Positions 36,753-49,596 of a stretch of 64,000 nt of DNA are shown here, one piece after another (positions within the stretch are counted from its first letter, which is position 1; each line of letters begins with the position of its first letter). This DNA is from Podarcis melisellensis (lineage: Eukaryota). The translations under genes and the position numbers were made by a program. The notes beneath the pieces are model-generated. The model ran no database searches. It was not told where the DNA came from and saw only the letters and a list, made by a program, of their open reading frames with translations. The stretch is taken from assembly GCA_964234715.1 (NCBI GenBank), contig OZ174289.1, one strand, 5' to 3'.

Positions 36753-37270
36753 GACTGAAGTAAAATTCAACTGCCAGCCATGTCTAGACATTCCACCCAG
36801 TTGATCCCTGTGCTCTGCAGGTGAGGGTGACCTGCTGAAACCATGGATACAGTTATACAGCTGCTAATAAAACGTTTTAAGTGTGTTTTTAGTGTAGTAT
36901 ACAATGTGGCACTAGACTGAGAGGGTGAGCCTATATGGAAAATTCAATGTATTTTAAAAACGCTTTTAAAAATATATATTTCAGAACGGTTTTTATGTGT
37001 GTATATTCCACCCATCTTATCAGGAACCCCATTTCACATGGTACAGGAATGGGGACACCTACCCTTTGGATTCCCCCTCCCATTAATATATTAGGCAGGT
37101 GCCACTTCTGTTGTCTTTTTGACTTCTACTGAAGGCCTGCCTCCTCCAACAAACCTTTCGAGTAGATATATTTCCCAGTCTGCAGCTGTATTATAATTGT
37201 TTTAGATGTTTCCATTACTTTATTGTTTGTGTGTTCACTGCCCTGGGTGCCTTTGGGTGGAAGGGCAGGA

Positions 37271-37320
<50 letters not shown>
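37271..37320. repeat. (AAGC)n microsatellite
   Basis: Directly visible. Confidence 0.95.
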
Positions 37321-38848
37321 ATGTGTGTGTGTTTGGAAGGGGGGCACCATATTGTCCTTTGGTCTAGGTTGATCCTACTGGCTAAAGTTGCTTTGAAGTG
37401 AAGGGCACAATCCATCCCATGAGTTTCACTGCTGTACTAAATAATATTGACGGTCATGTGCTATGGGCAATTATGTGAGCGCCCCCCCCCCAGTTGTTGC
37501 TATAAAAATGAATATAAATGGCAAGCCAATGTTCCAGATAGCTTCATAATCAAAGCAAACTTCACCTTCTTATCTTTTGCTTGCTTTTCAGCTGAAGGTT
37601 CAGGTTAAACACCCAACCTGGCAATGAAAGTTAATGGCCAGCGATTTTTCAGATACATTACTGCGAGGCGTACTCAGTATCTGTATGGATAGAAGCAGAG
37701 AGAAAAGGCAGGAGAGGGAACAAATGTAAATGGTGAGCTCATTTTCTCCTGCAGGTGTATTGATTTCTTACATCTCCTCTGATAGATAGTATGACTAAGC
37801 AGAAAACTACATTCAGAAGCATCTTTTCAACAGGAAATGGGAGGGTGGCAGGAGTGGAGAGGAATGATGAATGCTGCTTCGTTAGAGGAAGCCAAAACGC
37901 AATCCTTCTTCATGAGGGATTTATCATTTCCCACCTTGTTCTGCAGTCATCTTAATAAACATTTGATAAATGCCCATTTAGTGGTAACAGAAACATCATG
38001 CTCAGAATCCCAGTTCATGGGTCATCTTTCAAAACAGCATCTCTTTCCAGGCCTGCTTAATGTGTTTAGGTTTCAAAACAAGCTCTGGGAGAAAACTGTG
38101 TGTGTGTGTGTGTGCGGATCTGTGTCTGTAGGTTGGTAGTAGTGTCATTTTATCATGAGTGACAGAGTATTTGTGGCAAAATGGAGCATGATATGTTAAT
38201 AAGTGTATATCTATGTCAGTGCCAGACTGCTTATGTGAAAACTGCAGTGGAAGAATTGGTCTCAGTGGAAATGCATGTTGTTAAAAGTAATGTGTATTCT
38301 GGATAAATGTAAAACTATCCTCAAAAGGGGCTTCTGTGGTATTAAATGAGGACATTAGCGAACACTGGGCGGTCAAAGGGATGATAGGAAAGATGTCTCT
38401 ACAAATATTTCTAACAATTGATTTAATGTACCGGTCTTGATTTGCTAGCTTATGGAGGCTTAGAGGAGAAAGAGAGATAGATAGATATCTATTACTGGGC
38501 CTTTTTCTTAATGCATTCCTCCTATTGCACCAACATCCTCCTAAAAGCCACGAGGGAAAATAATAAGATAGCTTCCTTTCCCTTCATTTCAACACAACAC
38601 GATCAGGAACTCTCTGCAGGGATAAATCTTGAATTATTATTGTTTTTTAAAGTCTTTATGGAATATACAGATGGTGCAAAACAATGAATAATTCCATTGC
38701 ACGTAACATTATAAATTAGGTTGCAAACCATTTTGAGAGCTGAAGAGTTGTCTAGCTGACTTAAGGAGCCACATTCTCCCTTCTCCTTTGAATAGCTGAA
38801 CCTGATGGCATATTGAATTCTATATTTGGAATGTCATATCAAATACTA

Positions 38849-38927
38849 CCTTCCTTCCTTCCTTCCTTCCTTCCTTCCTTCCTTCCTTCCTTCCTTCCTT
38901 CCTTCCTTCCTTCCTTCCTTCCTTCCT
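38849..38927. repeat. (CCTT)n microsatellite
   Basis: Directly visible. Confidence 0.95.
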
Positions 38928-40016
38928 TTTTAAAAAAAGCATAACTATAAAAAAACATGTCTAACAGCCCAATCCTATACATGCCTACTCAGACATAAGT
39001 CCTATTGACCTCAGTTAACTTACTCTTAGGCCAGTGGGCATAGAATTGCATCTGGAAGTCCCATAGGGCTTCATTCAATAGTGCTTTGGAACCTTGCCCT
39101 GTTTACTATTTCAATATTATTTAAATCACCCCCCCCCCAAATCAATACATTGATTTCTGCTCGGATTAAGAGCATTACATGTTTGTCTTCTCTCTTTTTA
39201 TCTTTGTATAAACTAATCACTTGTGACATTATAGCTGTATTTCAAAGTTTATGAAGCCATTTGATAGCATTGTGAGCTTTATTTAGCTTTTGCTGTCTGG
39301 CAGAATCAATTTTGGCCATCTTAAAGCATCAGTGTCATAATACAGCAAGGGAGATTCTTGATGGACCAAGGGCAGCACAAAAACAACAACCGGAACACAG
39401 ATTTGCACGGTTCTCAGTGTTTGAGCTACTTCTTTATCTATGGGGATTTGAGTGGCTTTTAAAAAGTTAAACAATGATATTCTAATATGCCATCCTGCTT
39501 GACTTGATAATCATTCTGGTATTAAAACTCATGAGGAAGTTAAAAGAACTTTCCTCTTTGAGTCTTGTAGCCCATTTCTAAGCATGCTTTCTTGAGAATA
39601 CAGCTATGAATAGGCAGGACATCTATCACGTGATTGTCTCTTTTCCACTTTACATTTGAGGGGTGAGGGAAGGACTGATCCAGACTGAAACCATGGAGTA
39701 TGAGTAGCTTTTTAAAAAACCCTTCCTCTGTGCAATTATTCCCAATTAAATATCCCCCTGAAGTTTCCATTTACCTTCACTCCTGAAAGTGCTATTTGTT
39801 GAAATGACATATTTGTGTATGTTTAGGGCAGAAACAGTGTGGTGGAATGCTGTCTCTGTCTCCATGGTCCTGATTCATATCTCTTTCCCCTTGTCTATGG
39901 CTGCTTTTTCTTTTAAAGGCCTAAGATGATAGATGATAGATAGATGGATAGCTGATAGCATTCATAAAGTTGACCAACTGATATAAATGAACCTAAGTTA
40001 GTTGTGTCTATTAACT

Positions 40017-40269
40017 GGAGAGCCAGTGTGGTGTAGTGGTTAAGAGCGGTAGTCTCGTAATCTGGGGAACCGGGTTCACGTCTCCGCTCCTCCACATGCA
40101 GCTGCTGGGTGACCTTGGGCCAGTCATACTTCTTTGAAGTCTCTCAGCCCCACTCACCTCACAGAGTGTTTGTTGTGGGGGAGGAAGGGAAAGGAGAATA
40201 TTAGCCTCTTTGAGACTCCTTAAAGGGAGTGAAAGGCAGGATATCAAATCCAAACTCTTCTTCTTCTTC
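40017..40269 (+). mobile_element. tRNA-derived SINE with CORE/MIR-like centre and (CTT)n tail (Squam3-like)
   Basis: Box A TGGTGTAGTGGTTAAGAGC, box B-like GGGTTCACGTC, CORE-like GCTGGGTGACCTTGGGCCAGTCA, TCTTCTTCTTC tail. Confidence 0.8.
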
Positions 40270-41254
40270 AATCGGTGGACTCTGAGTGGGACTAGAATTG
40301 GATGCAACCCAGCATGTCTACTCTGAGTAGGACTTAGTGTGATTTAACCCATTTTCAAAACACATTGTCCATTCTGAGCCTAAATTCCACAAAAATCAAC
40401 ATTTTATTATTAATTTTTACTTTGCACATAGCCAGAGGCTATGGGAACATGTTTCCAATTTTAATGGAGTTAGGAATAGAAAGTATGGGCTTAGAAAAAA
40501 GGTTGTGCTCATCTTTCCTCCTACCCAAAACATGTAGTCAGAGCAACTTGTACATAAGAGATTTTTATTCAGTCAAATGGTACAGCCTCAGCAGCAGAGT
40601 GCTCAGGAGTCATGATTCAGGAATTCAGGAGCAGGGCAGGGAGCTCAGAACTGAACAGAAGCAACAAAGATATCCTAGCAATTTTTCTCTTTCCTTCCTA
40701 CAAAGCTTTAAAAAATGAAATGTGGCATGCCTACTCATGAGACTCTCCCAGTTTGCAGGAATGCTGAGCTTGCATGCTTTGCTGGGTTGAGTGGGTCTGC
40801 TATCTGCAGAGGTAGCACCTACTGTTCGGTCATGGCCACCTCCTATTTAACCTCTCCCATCAGCTGATCAAAGCCTTCCCCAGCCTCCACTGACTCCCTC
40901 CTCCAGAAAAGGGTTGGAGGGGAGACCCGGCATCCCTGTTTCCCCTTCCAAACCAGCTGAAGTTAGGACAGAAAGGGGAGATTCCCATCTCCAACTCAGG
41001 TTCCTGCAGTTCAGCCCACCTCTGGTTCTTCCTCCTTCTCCATCTGGGCCTGCCAATCCAAGTCCAATTCCAACAGCACTGCAAGGCTTATCACAGTGCT
41101 ATTCTTGCTGAGGAGTTGGCATCTGACTAGAAACATTTGGACTTGGAGCATTGTATCTAGCATTTAGTAGCACTTATTCAAGGGCAAAAGTGTTTACAAC
41201 CCATTTTCCCCTAGCTTATAGTTATGTGCTCCCAAATTCTTCAAGTGGGGAAAA

Positions 41255-41859
41255 TTGAGCACACTGCTTTATGGAAGTGAATTGTGGACAACTTACACCC
41301 ACCAGGAATGATGCCTCAATGCCTTCCATATGCTCTGTGTCAGGAGGCTTTTGGGCATCACATGGCAGGACAAAGTTTCAAAATAAGATGTGCTCTTCCA
41401 AGCCCACATTCTCAGCATGCTTGCACTTCTGCCTCTGCAATGTCTATGCTGGCTTGGTCATGTACACAGAATGGAAGACGGCAGGATCCCCACAAGCTGG
41501 CTTGAGGCACCAGGTCTGTTTGTGCTACAAAGATCTCTGCAAATGTGACGTGAAGGCTGGCAATATTAACCCCCGCCATGTGGGAATCCCTTGCAGATGA
41601 CTGCAGTGCCTGGGGACACACAGTCAGTATCCAGTGACCAGAGGAGGAATGCCCTCTGGAAGGAGCGCAGAGAGAAAAAATGCCATGGTGCATCTGTAAC
41701 AGTGAAAACAGATGCCTAACTGCCTCTGCTGCAACAAAGCCTATCTCTCCCATATTGGTCTCTATAGCCACAGCATGCTCTGCAACTCTCCAATGGTGTG
41801 ACTTTACCCCAATGGGACATTCTCCCATTTTCTCTCGAGACAGATGGATGCCAGCAACA
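41255..41859 (+). mobile_element. Old RTE-clade LINE 3' fragment (non-Bov-B)
   Basis: Translates, with stops and frameshifts, to LSTLLYGSELWTTY..LNAFHM.CVRRLLGITWQDKVS...WLGHVHRMEDGRIP. 3' end CGAGACAGATGGATGCCAGCAACA. Confidence 0.8.
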
Positions 41860-43131
41860 TGTGAGAATGGCAAGTTACCACATCAGAGAAAATGCTAGTT
41901 ATTAAAATGCTCTCTGATGTGGTGGTACATAGAATGATAATGAAAAATTCTGAGTATCAAAGGGAAAGTCATGTTACCTGGCCTTATGATTCTGCTTCCA
42001 TTACCTGTCCTTCTACTTCTATACTGAATTTCATACACGGCTGCCTAATATAGCCTCATTACCTGTAATCACAGGCTACAAAGCAGACTTGGTATTGTTT
42101 GAAGGAATCTGAATGTAGCAGATTTTCTTGTTTGCTGACTTACTTTGACTCTCTGTCTCCATTTCCTTTCAACTATTTTTGGCAGTTGGCACCTGAAGAT
42201 AATTGTTAGGTATGCATATGATAGTCTTGGTTAGCAATGGGATTCATCACAAGCTCACAAGGAAATGCCAGTCTTTGATCACCCCATTTGGAAAAGTGAC
42301 AGATTGACATGCAGATATTTTTTTTTTTTGACCGAAATAGATTCACAGCAGTTAACCCCCTCAACATGGCGAGGGATATCATGTGGTTTCTTAAGACTAG
42401 GACTTATTCCACAGCTTGTACATTTTCAGGTGGGGTTCCTCAGCCGTGCATCTTCATATAGCTGCTGTAAAGCAGTGTTGCCATATCGTTGGCCCCGGTG
42501 AAGCCATTTTAGGCAAACCATGCCCACCTGTCAATCACCTGACATTCTAGGACATCAGGAGGCAGAGATCTGTTATCTCAAATCTCAGTGCTAAAATAAG
42601 AGACAGTTCTCTTTGATCTTAGTGCTAAGCACCACAGCACTGAGATCAGAGATAAACTTAGGGACAGGTTATGGTTCCATGGTCCAAGTAGTTAGGAGGA
42701 TGAAATTCTTAACAAAGCAAGAAAGATCACATGTAGTAAGAGTCTATGAGACAGCACTAGGACTGAAAAAGATAAGCAGGTTACGCCCTTCTCAACTCAG
42801 GAAGGATGTGTGGCCTGCTTGTAGACAGGATAAAAGCAAGTTGTTTGTTTTTAAGCATAAATAAGGAAAGTAGATGCAAGAAGAATAACAGTATGTTTTC
42901 CCTTAAGGATTTGAGTGTAGGGAGCTATCCAGAATGCTGTGGTGCTGAAATCAGACTACATCTTGTCAACTTGTTTGCAGACCACATTGCATAAAACCAG
43001 TAGTTGTGTGTTAGAGAACAATACTTAACTTTTGTGGGGAATGGAGAAGAAAGCATTCTAAAGCTAATGCTGAGAATGAAGAGTACAATTCTGTGTACAT
43101 TTACTCAGAAGTAAATCTCACTGTGGGCCTT

Positions 43132-43430
43132 AAAGGTAAAGGGACCCCTGACCGTTAGGTCCAGTCTTGGCCGACTCTGGGGTTGTGGCACTCATCTCAC
43201 TTTACTGGCTGAGGGAGCTGGCGTACAGCTTCCAGGTCATGTGGCCAGCATGACTAAGCCGCTTCTGGCAAACCAGAGCAGCGCACGGAAATGCCGTTTA
43301 ACTTCCCGCCGGAGTGGTACCTATTTATCTACTTGCACTTCGACGTGCTTTCGAACTGCTAGGTTGGCAGGAGCAGGGACCGAGCAATGGGAGCTCATGG
43401 GGATTTGAACCGCCAACCTTCTGATTGGCA
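43132..43430 (-). mobile_element. Sauria SINE (subfamily A), 5'-truncated
   Basis: Tail, core and box B on the minus strand; lies within a short palindromic MITE. Confidence 0.92.
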
Positions 43431-43490
43431 CTCCCTAGTAAATATGTTTAGGACTGTGACCTGAATTAATATAGCCTTATTCACAATATT

Positions 43491-43870
43491 GGGACGCAGG
43501 TGGCGCTGTGGGTTAAAGCCTCAGCGCCTAGGACTTGCCAATTGAAAGGTCGGCGGTTCGAATCCCTGCGGCGGGGTGCGCTCCCACTGCTCGGTCCCAG
43601 CACCTGCCAACCTAGCAGTTCGAAAGCACCTCCGGGTGCAAGTAGATAAATAGGGACCGCTTACCAGCGGGAAGGTAAACGGCGTTTCCGTGTGCGGCTC
43701 TGGCTCGCCAGAGCAGCGATGTCACACTGGCCATGTGACCCGGAAGTGTCTCCGGACAGCGCTGGCCCCTGGCCTCTTAAGTGAGATGGGCGCACAACCC
43801 CAGAGTCTGTCAAGACTGGCCCGTACGGGCAGGGGTACCTTTACCTTTACCTTTACCTTTACCTTTACCT
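43491..43870 (+). mobile_element. Sauria SINE (subfamily B), full length, young
   Basis: Intact boxes A and B, CpG-rich, long (ACCTTT)n tail, 11-bp TSD TTCACAATATT. Confidence 0.96.
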
Positions 43871-44855
43871 TTCACAATATTATGATTTAATTCAGTCCTC
43901 AGCATTAGCCATATAAACTTCAATATCTTGTTGTCAGCAGTGTATAAAATAATAATATATACTCCAATCAGGTTTATCCATTCCACTCATAAATCATAGA
44001 GAACTTGGTTGTGTAATGGAAATGTAAGATTGAATTGTAACCTTGATCTTCAATCAGGAAGCATGCTTTAATATTGATTGCAAGAGAGTTATCAAGTTAG
44101 GGAAATGATTTGTGGAGGAGCAGCACAAGGAGAACACTGTGCTCTCCCTCATTGGTTACTTACATATATCTCCCTTCTAAAGAGCGGAATTGTACATATT
44201 TTACTCAAAATGCTTGAAAGAATAATAATAATAAAAAGATTCTCAGTGGTAACAGGAACATATTTTATTACTATATGCTATAAAGTTGGGGTTTCAGCTG
44301 AGAATGGGCTTAACTGAGTTGTTCCTGGATCTGATAATATCATCTGCTGTTGCCACATCACATAAGATATCTAGGGAATTGTGGACTGGTGTTTTTTTGT
44401 TTTTTGTTAGTTTCACCTTGAAAATTTTTGGCAGCTACAAGATACTGGAGGGAAAGGTGATTTCTACAGCAAGCGAATTGACATGGATTTTTTTTTTTTT
44501 TTTTGCAGGCCACTAAAATATCAATATTGCAGAGCATATCTCAGTGTGAGAATGTCTTTCACTTGATTATTCTTGGGGCAAAAATCACGGAACCTATTTG
44601 CCCCCTCTGCCACCACTGCTGACAGAACTAAAGGGAGGAAAATAGAGGGTTAATTCTTCTCCTTTGCAATTCTTCCCTGCCTGTTAGGTTGTTACAGGTC
44701 CCCTCAATACAGGTCCCCTCCCACAGTCTTAAGCCAGAAACTTGGTTTCTATATACATTTCTCTGTATTAGTGCTGAATCTGCCCCATTCCTGCCACATG
44801 GTTCATTATTACGCCTTTCTAGAGAGGCCATGGAACTGTTTGGTGGGTTTACAGA

Positions 44856-45262
44856 CAGGACCAGATTTAGGTCTGATGAGGTGAGGCCCTAAGCTACTGA
44901 AGGTAACGGGGCCCTTTATATGTCCAGCTGTCCTTTGTCAACAACAAATTGTTGCAGTTTTTTGTTGTTGAATATATGCTATATGGTAATTTATGGACCT
45001 AATAGGTATCTAAAGCCATTTGCATGTAACAAAATATGTGATATTTTAGGGAGCAGGCTAGCAGGCCAGGCACATTACTTACATCATAGTAGCCTACACA
45101 ACACAAAACACTGTTGCTGTATGTACGCTTTATTTTATTTATTCTTTATCTTATATTTTGGAAATGTACATCCAGGTTTTTTCCTTTAAATTTGTTGGGA
45201 GCCGCCAAGGGAGTGGGGCCCTAAACTATAGCTTGTTTAGCTTATACATAAATGCGGCACTG
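44856..45262. mobile_element. 407-bp hAT-type MITE
   Basis: TIRs CAGGACCAGATTTA / TAAATGCGGCACTG; perfect 8-bp TSD TTTACAGA at 44848-44855 and 45263-45270. Confidence 0.85.
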
Positions 45263-46079
45263 TTTACAGAGCAAGTCTCAGATAGCTATCTTGCAGGGGG
45301 CCCGGTAAGATAAGGTGCTGCTTCTGCACTGGGTGGGTTCTGTTTTTTTCTTTTGAACTCATGGCTTCCTTGAGCAGTTTTTGCTTCTTGCGTCCCATAT
45401 GTACCAAGGCTACCTATATGGTCCCTCTCTTCTTCCGAGGTTTTGTTTAATTCAGGACTGGTACTACCAGGAAGATGGTGGGACACAACAGAAATATACC
45501 AGCATCTGGAGGCACCTGACATTGGCCTGGGAACCACACTGTAACCACACAATCAGCTCTCTTCAGACATTGGCAATGATGTTGCTGTGTAATGTGGCAT
45601 TGCTGGTAATATATGAATCAGACTTGAGATGCTGAGCTATTTTCTTAATAAATGAAATAAAAATAATAAATAAAATTTCCTAATAATAAAATGGACTATA
45701 AAATAAATAAATATATTAGCTATAACTTGTTTATTTTAGGATTTAAATGAGTAAAACAAGCTACAAAAAACCCTCCCCTCTAAAAAGTGATTACAGACAA
45801 GTGGCATATACCTGTGTGAAATAATTGGATGTAATTGGTTCCTTTAACACATTTTCTTTTAACATTTTTAATCTTACTTAATTTTTCATTCTCCTCATGT
45901 GCAATAAAATTTCATTTTTCAAACACCTTAAAAGAGAAAGAAAATGTCTACCTTCTATTTTTTTCTTCCCTAATTATGTTTTCTTCTTCTGAAATGGGGC
46001 CAACATGGAAGAAAAAACCCTACATGTCTATTTTCAGCCAAGTACCCAGGATCCATGATTATTATTAATTCAGAATAAT

Positions 46080-47223
46080 CTTGAGGGGCTGGGAGCTGGG
46101 GGCACTGTCCTACAGTGGTTCCGCTCCTTCCTCCTGGGCCGTGTTCAGAAAGTGGTGGTGGGGGATGAGTGTTCAGACCCCTGGGCTCTCACTTGTGGGG
46201 TGCCTCAGGGTTCTGTCTTCTCCCCCATGCTTTTCAACATCTACATGCAGCCACTGGGAGAGATCATCAGGAGGTTTGGGCTGGGTGTTCATCAGTATGC
46301 AGATGATACCCAGCTCTACCTCTCTTTTAAATCAGAACCAGTGAGGGCAGTGAAGGTCCTGTGTGAGTGTCTGGAGGCGGTTGGAGGATGGATGGCGGCT
46401 AACAGATTGAGGTTGAATCCTGACAAGACAGAAGTACTGTTTCTGGGGGACAGGAGGCGGGCAGGTGTGGAGGATTCCCTGGTCCTGAATGGGGTAACTG
46501 TGCCCCTGAAGGACCAGGTGCGCAGCCTGGGAGTCATTTTGGACTCACAGCTGTCCATGGAGGCACAGGTTAAATCTGTGTCCAGGGCAGCTGTTTACCA
46601 GCTCCATCTGGTATGTAGGCTGAGACCCTATCTGCCTGCGGACTGTCTCGCCAGAGTGGTGCATGCTCTGGTTATCTCCCGCTTGGACTACTGCAATGCA
46701 CTCTACGTGGGGCTACCTTTGAAGGTGACTCGGAAACTACAACTAATCCAGAATGCGGCAGCTAGACTGGTGACTGGGAGCGGCCGCCGAGACCATATAA
46801 CACCGGTCTTGAAAGACCTACATTGGCTCCCAGTATGTTTCCGAGCACAATTCAAAGTGTTGGTGCTGACCTTTAAAGCCCTAAACGGCCTCGGTCCAGT
46901 ATACCTGAAGGAGCGTCTCCACCCCCATCATTCTGCCCGGACACTGAGGTCCAGCGCTGAGGGCCTTCTGGCGGTTCCCTCATTGCGAGAAGCAAAGCTA
47001 CAGGGAACCAGGCAGAGGGCCTTCTAGGTAGTGGCACCCACCCTGTGGAACGCCCTTCCAGCAGATGTCAAAGCGATAAACAACTACCTGACATTCAGAA
47101 GACATCTTAAGGCAGCCCTGTTCAGGGAAGTTTTTAACGTGTGATTTTACTGTATTTTTGGTTTTTATGGAAGCCGCCCAGAGTGGCTGGGGAGGCCCAG
47201 CCAGATGGGCGGGGTATAAATAA

Positions 47224-47270
<47 letters not shown>
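46080..47270 (+). mobile_element. Young L2-clade LINE, 5'-truncated (RT C-terminal half, 3' UTR, (TTA)n tail)
   Basis: ORF 46152-47027 (frame open from 46080) has GVPQGSVFSPMLFNIYM, QYADDTQLYLS, WMAANRLRLNPDKTE, SRLDYCNALYVGLP and HITPVLKDLHWLP. A single premature TAG precedes the in-frame APTLWNALP. Confidence 0.95.
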
Positions 47271-47378
47271 CTAACACCCCCTGGTTCTGTTTTTTACTTT
47301 ACTCTTTCACCTCCTTTTTGTGAGTTTAACAGGTACTGTGTAATAGAGAGCTAAGCTAATCTATTTTGTTTGTTTGTA

Positions 47379-47604
47379 CAGTGGTACTTCAGGTTACATA
47401 CGCTTCAGGTTACAGACTCCGCTAACCCAGAAATAGTGCTTCAGGTTAAGAACTTTGCTTCAGGATGAGAACAGAAATTGTGCTCCGGCAGCGCGGCAGC
47501 AGCAGGAGGCCCCATTAGCTAAAGTGGTGCTTCAGGTTAAGAACAGTTTCAGGTTAAGAACGGACCTCCAGAACGAATTAAGTACCTAACCCGAGGTACC
47601 ACTG
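47379..47604. mobile_element. Tc1/mariner (Tigger-like) MITE, third family
   Basis: TA|CAGTGGTACTTC...GAGGTACCACTG|TA; near-identical copies at 52992-53234 (inverted) and 60090-60310. Confidence 0.9.
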
Positions 47605-48137
47605 TACAGGTTTTTAGTTTTTTAATGGAATAAATAAATGATGGGGAACCTGTGGCCCTTCAGATATTGTTTGACTCTGAACTCCCATCAGTCACAGCCT
47701 GGCCAATAGTCAGAGATAATGAGAGTTGTATTCTCGCAACAGTTCAAAGGTTCCTTACTCCTGGAATAAAGTGCCAGTTTTTGAATCATTTTTCATTGTC
47801 TTATTTGAAGATTAGCTGTGTCTTATTTGAAGATGCACTATATTCTGTGGGGCTTTCTCCCTATTAGGTTACATGTAGATCAAGCTGCACCCTAAGATAG
47901 AGTGTGCATTTGTCTAGGGAGAGCAAGTTGAACTGTGAATAGGTTCCTATCCAAAACGTAACATTGAGGATATGGAGGGAGTCCTTGATACTGGAGGTTT
48001 CCCCAGGTATAGTTATGGCAGGGGTGGGGAACTGGATCTGGCTAGTGGATCAGACCCTGCAGGCCATGTTTTTGATTCCGTAGATTCTAATACTGATTGA
48101 TTCCAAAAAGTAGGACCCCCCCTGTTTCCAGGGAAAA

Positions 48138-48293
48138 GGGAAAGACATAACATAGTTGAATAGTATCTGCTTTGCATGCAGAAGATCCTAGGTTCAATCC
48201 CTGACATCTCCAAGTAGTGCTAGGTGAGCATTCTTCCTGAAACCTGGAAAGTGGTTGTCAGTCTGTGTAAAATGCACTGAGCTTGATGGACCA
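48138..48293 (+). mobile_element. Old tRNA-Ala-like SINE (POM/Squam2-like)
   Basis: ..CTGCTTTGCATGCAGAAGATCCTAGGTTCAATCCCTGACATCTCC.. head followed by ..CTGAGCTTGATGGACC body. Confidence 0.65.
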
Positions 48294-48568
48294 CGGGGAT
48301 GACTGGTGGACAACTGTAATTTTCTATGCCCCTAAATTTACCAGCAGTGGATTTGATAGCAACTTCTCCACCTCTCCTTTTTCACAACTTTCCCCACATT
48401 CTTTTCCATTTGCATCTGGGTGCACTTCAGAACTTACATCTTGTAGTATTTGCTGGAATTGGTGTTTAGGAGTTCCAGATTAGACATGTAATAAGGTAAG
48501 ATGAAGTATACATGATGGAAATCTCTTACTGCAGGATGAATTAATTTATCTTGACTTTCCTATTACTT

Positions 48569-48706
48569 TGGGGATGGGAAACCTGTGGCCGTCCAGATGT
48601 TGTTAGAATTTGCCTCCCATCAATCCCAGAGAGCATAACCAATGGCAAGAGATAATGGGAGTTGTAGTCCAAAGATGTCTGGAGGGCCACAGGTCCCCCA
48701 CCCCTG
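48569..48706. mobile_element. Palindromic hAT-like MITE (GGGAACCTGTGGCCCTCCAGATGTTG family)
   Basis: The whole element is a long imperfect inverted repeat. Decayed relatives at about 19550, 33490, 47640, 53655, 57050 and 59490. Confidence 0.75.
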
Positions 48707-49596
48707 TATTGATATGGCAGAATGGAGCCAGAGTTTTAGAGTATGATATCAGGAGTGAAAAGTATGCTGAAGAGATTAAAGAACAATATAAAGAATTCTA
48801 AGCAGCTTGAGTATTTAAAAAGCTCCTTGCATGTGGAATTTAGCAAATTATGCTGCTGAGGATTGAGAAAGATTTAGATGGGAATTAGAGCTGTTTATGA
48901 TAACAAGCCAAGCAAATGATAAGCCAGATGTACAGAAAATAACAATATTGCCAAGCGGTGCTGGGGAAGAAATCATCTATATTTTGTTTTTAAGAAATAA
49001 ATCAGTTATGTAGTGAAGCTTGCAGCACTTGAAGGAAGATGTAATGAAACCGTAATAGAAGGGAGGGTGGGAAAAGGGGCAAAGAATGTATCACATTCCT
49101 AGGGACAATCAAGCATAAGATTATCCATCTTTGTTCTTTTAGGCAAGTGTGCTGTAGAAAAGCACATGAAATATTTGTACCCAGGCAATCTAAATCACGA
49201 GATGAAAAACTGAAAGCTGCAATTTGATCTATTCTGTCCTGTTGCTGTCTGGTCTGGTCTTATTCTGCTGAAGACAGCCTAGGGCAATGCAAGTTGGGTG
49301 CTTCAAAAGCAAGGAGAGCTCCTAGTAAGAAACATGCTGTACCCCCTTATGGGAGAAATGGTGTCTCTTAAAGAGCCAGCTCTCTGGTCTGAATATTGTA
49401 TTGCTCCTGTGCTCTATGACTTCTTACCTGGTGTGCTCTCTGCACCACTGAAGTGATAAGGTAGCATGTAAGTCACTTGATTCATTGGGCCAAGAAGAAG
49501 ATGCTCAAGAGGCTCCTGGCTCCATATCTATATGGGTATGAGATATCATTATCACTAGCGTCTCATCAATTTATTACGGTCAGCATACCAGAAATA

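Noticed and set aside
40530-41095. Possible Gypsy-type solo LTR on the minus strand
   Set aside because: Composition, TTTATT and a terminal ACA are suggestive, but I found no matching TG start with a TSD. Left uncalled.
46152-47027. 291-aa RT ORF as a host gene, retron or DGR-type system
   Set aside because: It has L2 LINE motifs, is 5'-truncated, has a premature stop and a (TTA)n tail, and has no partner genes.
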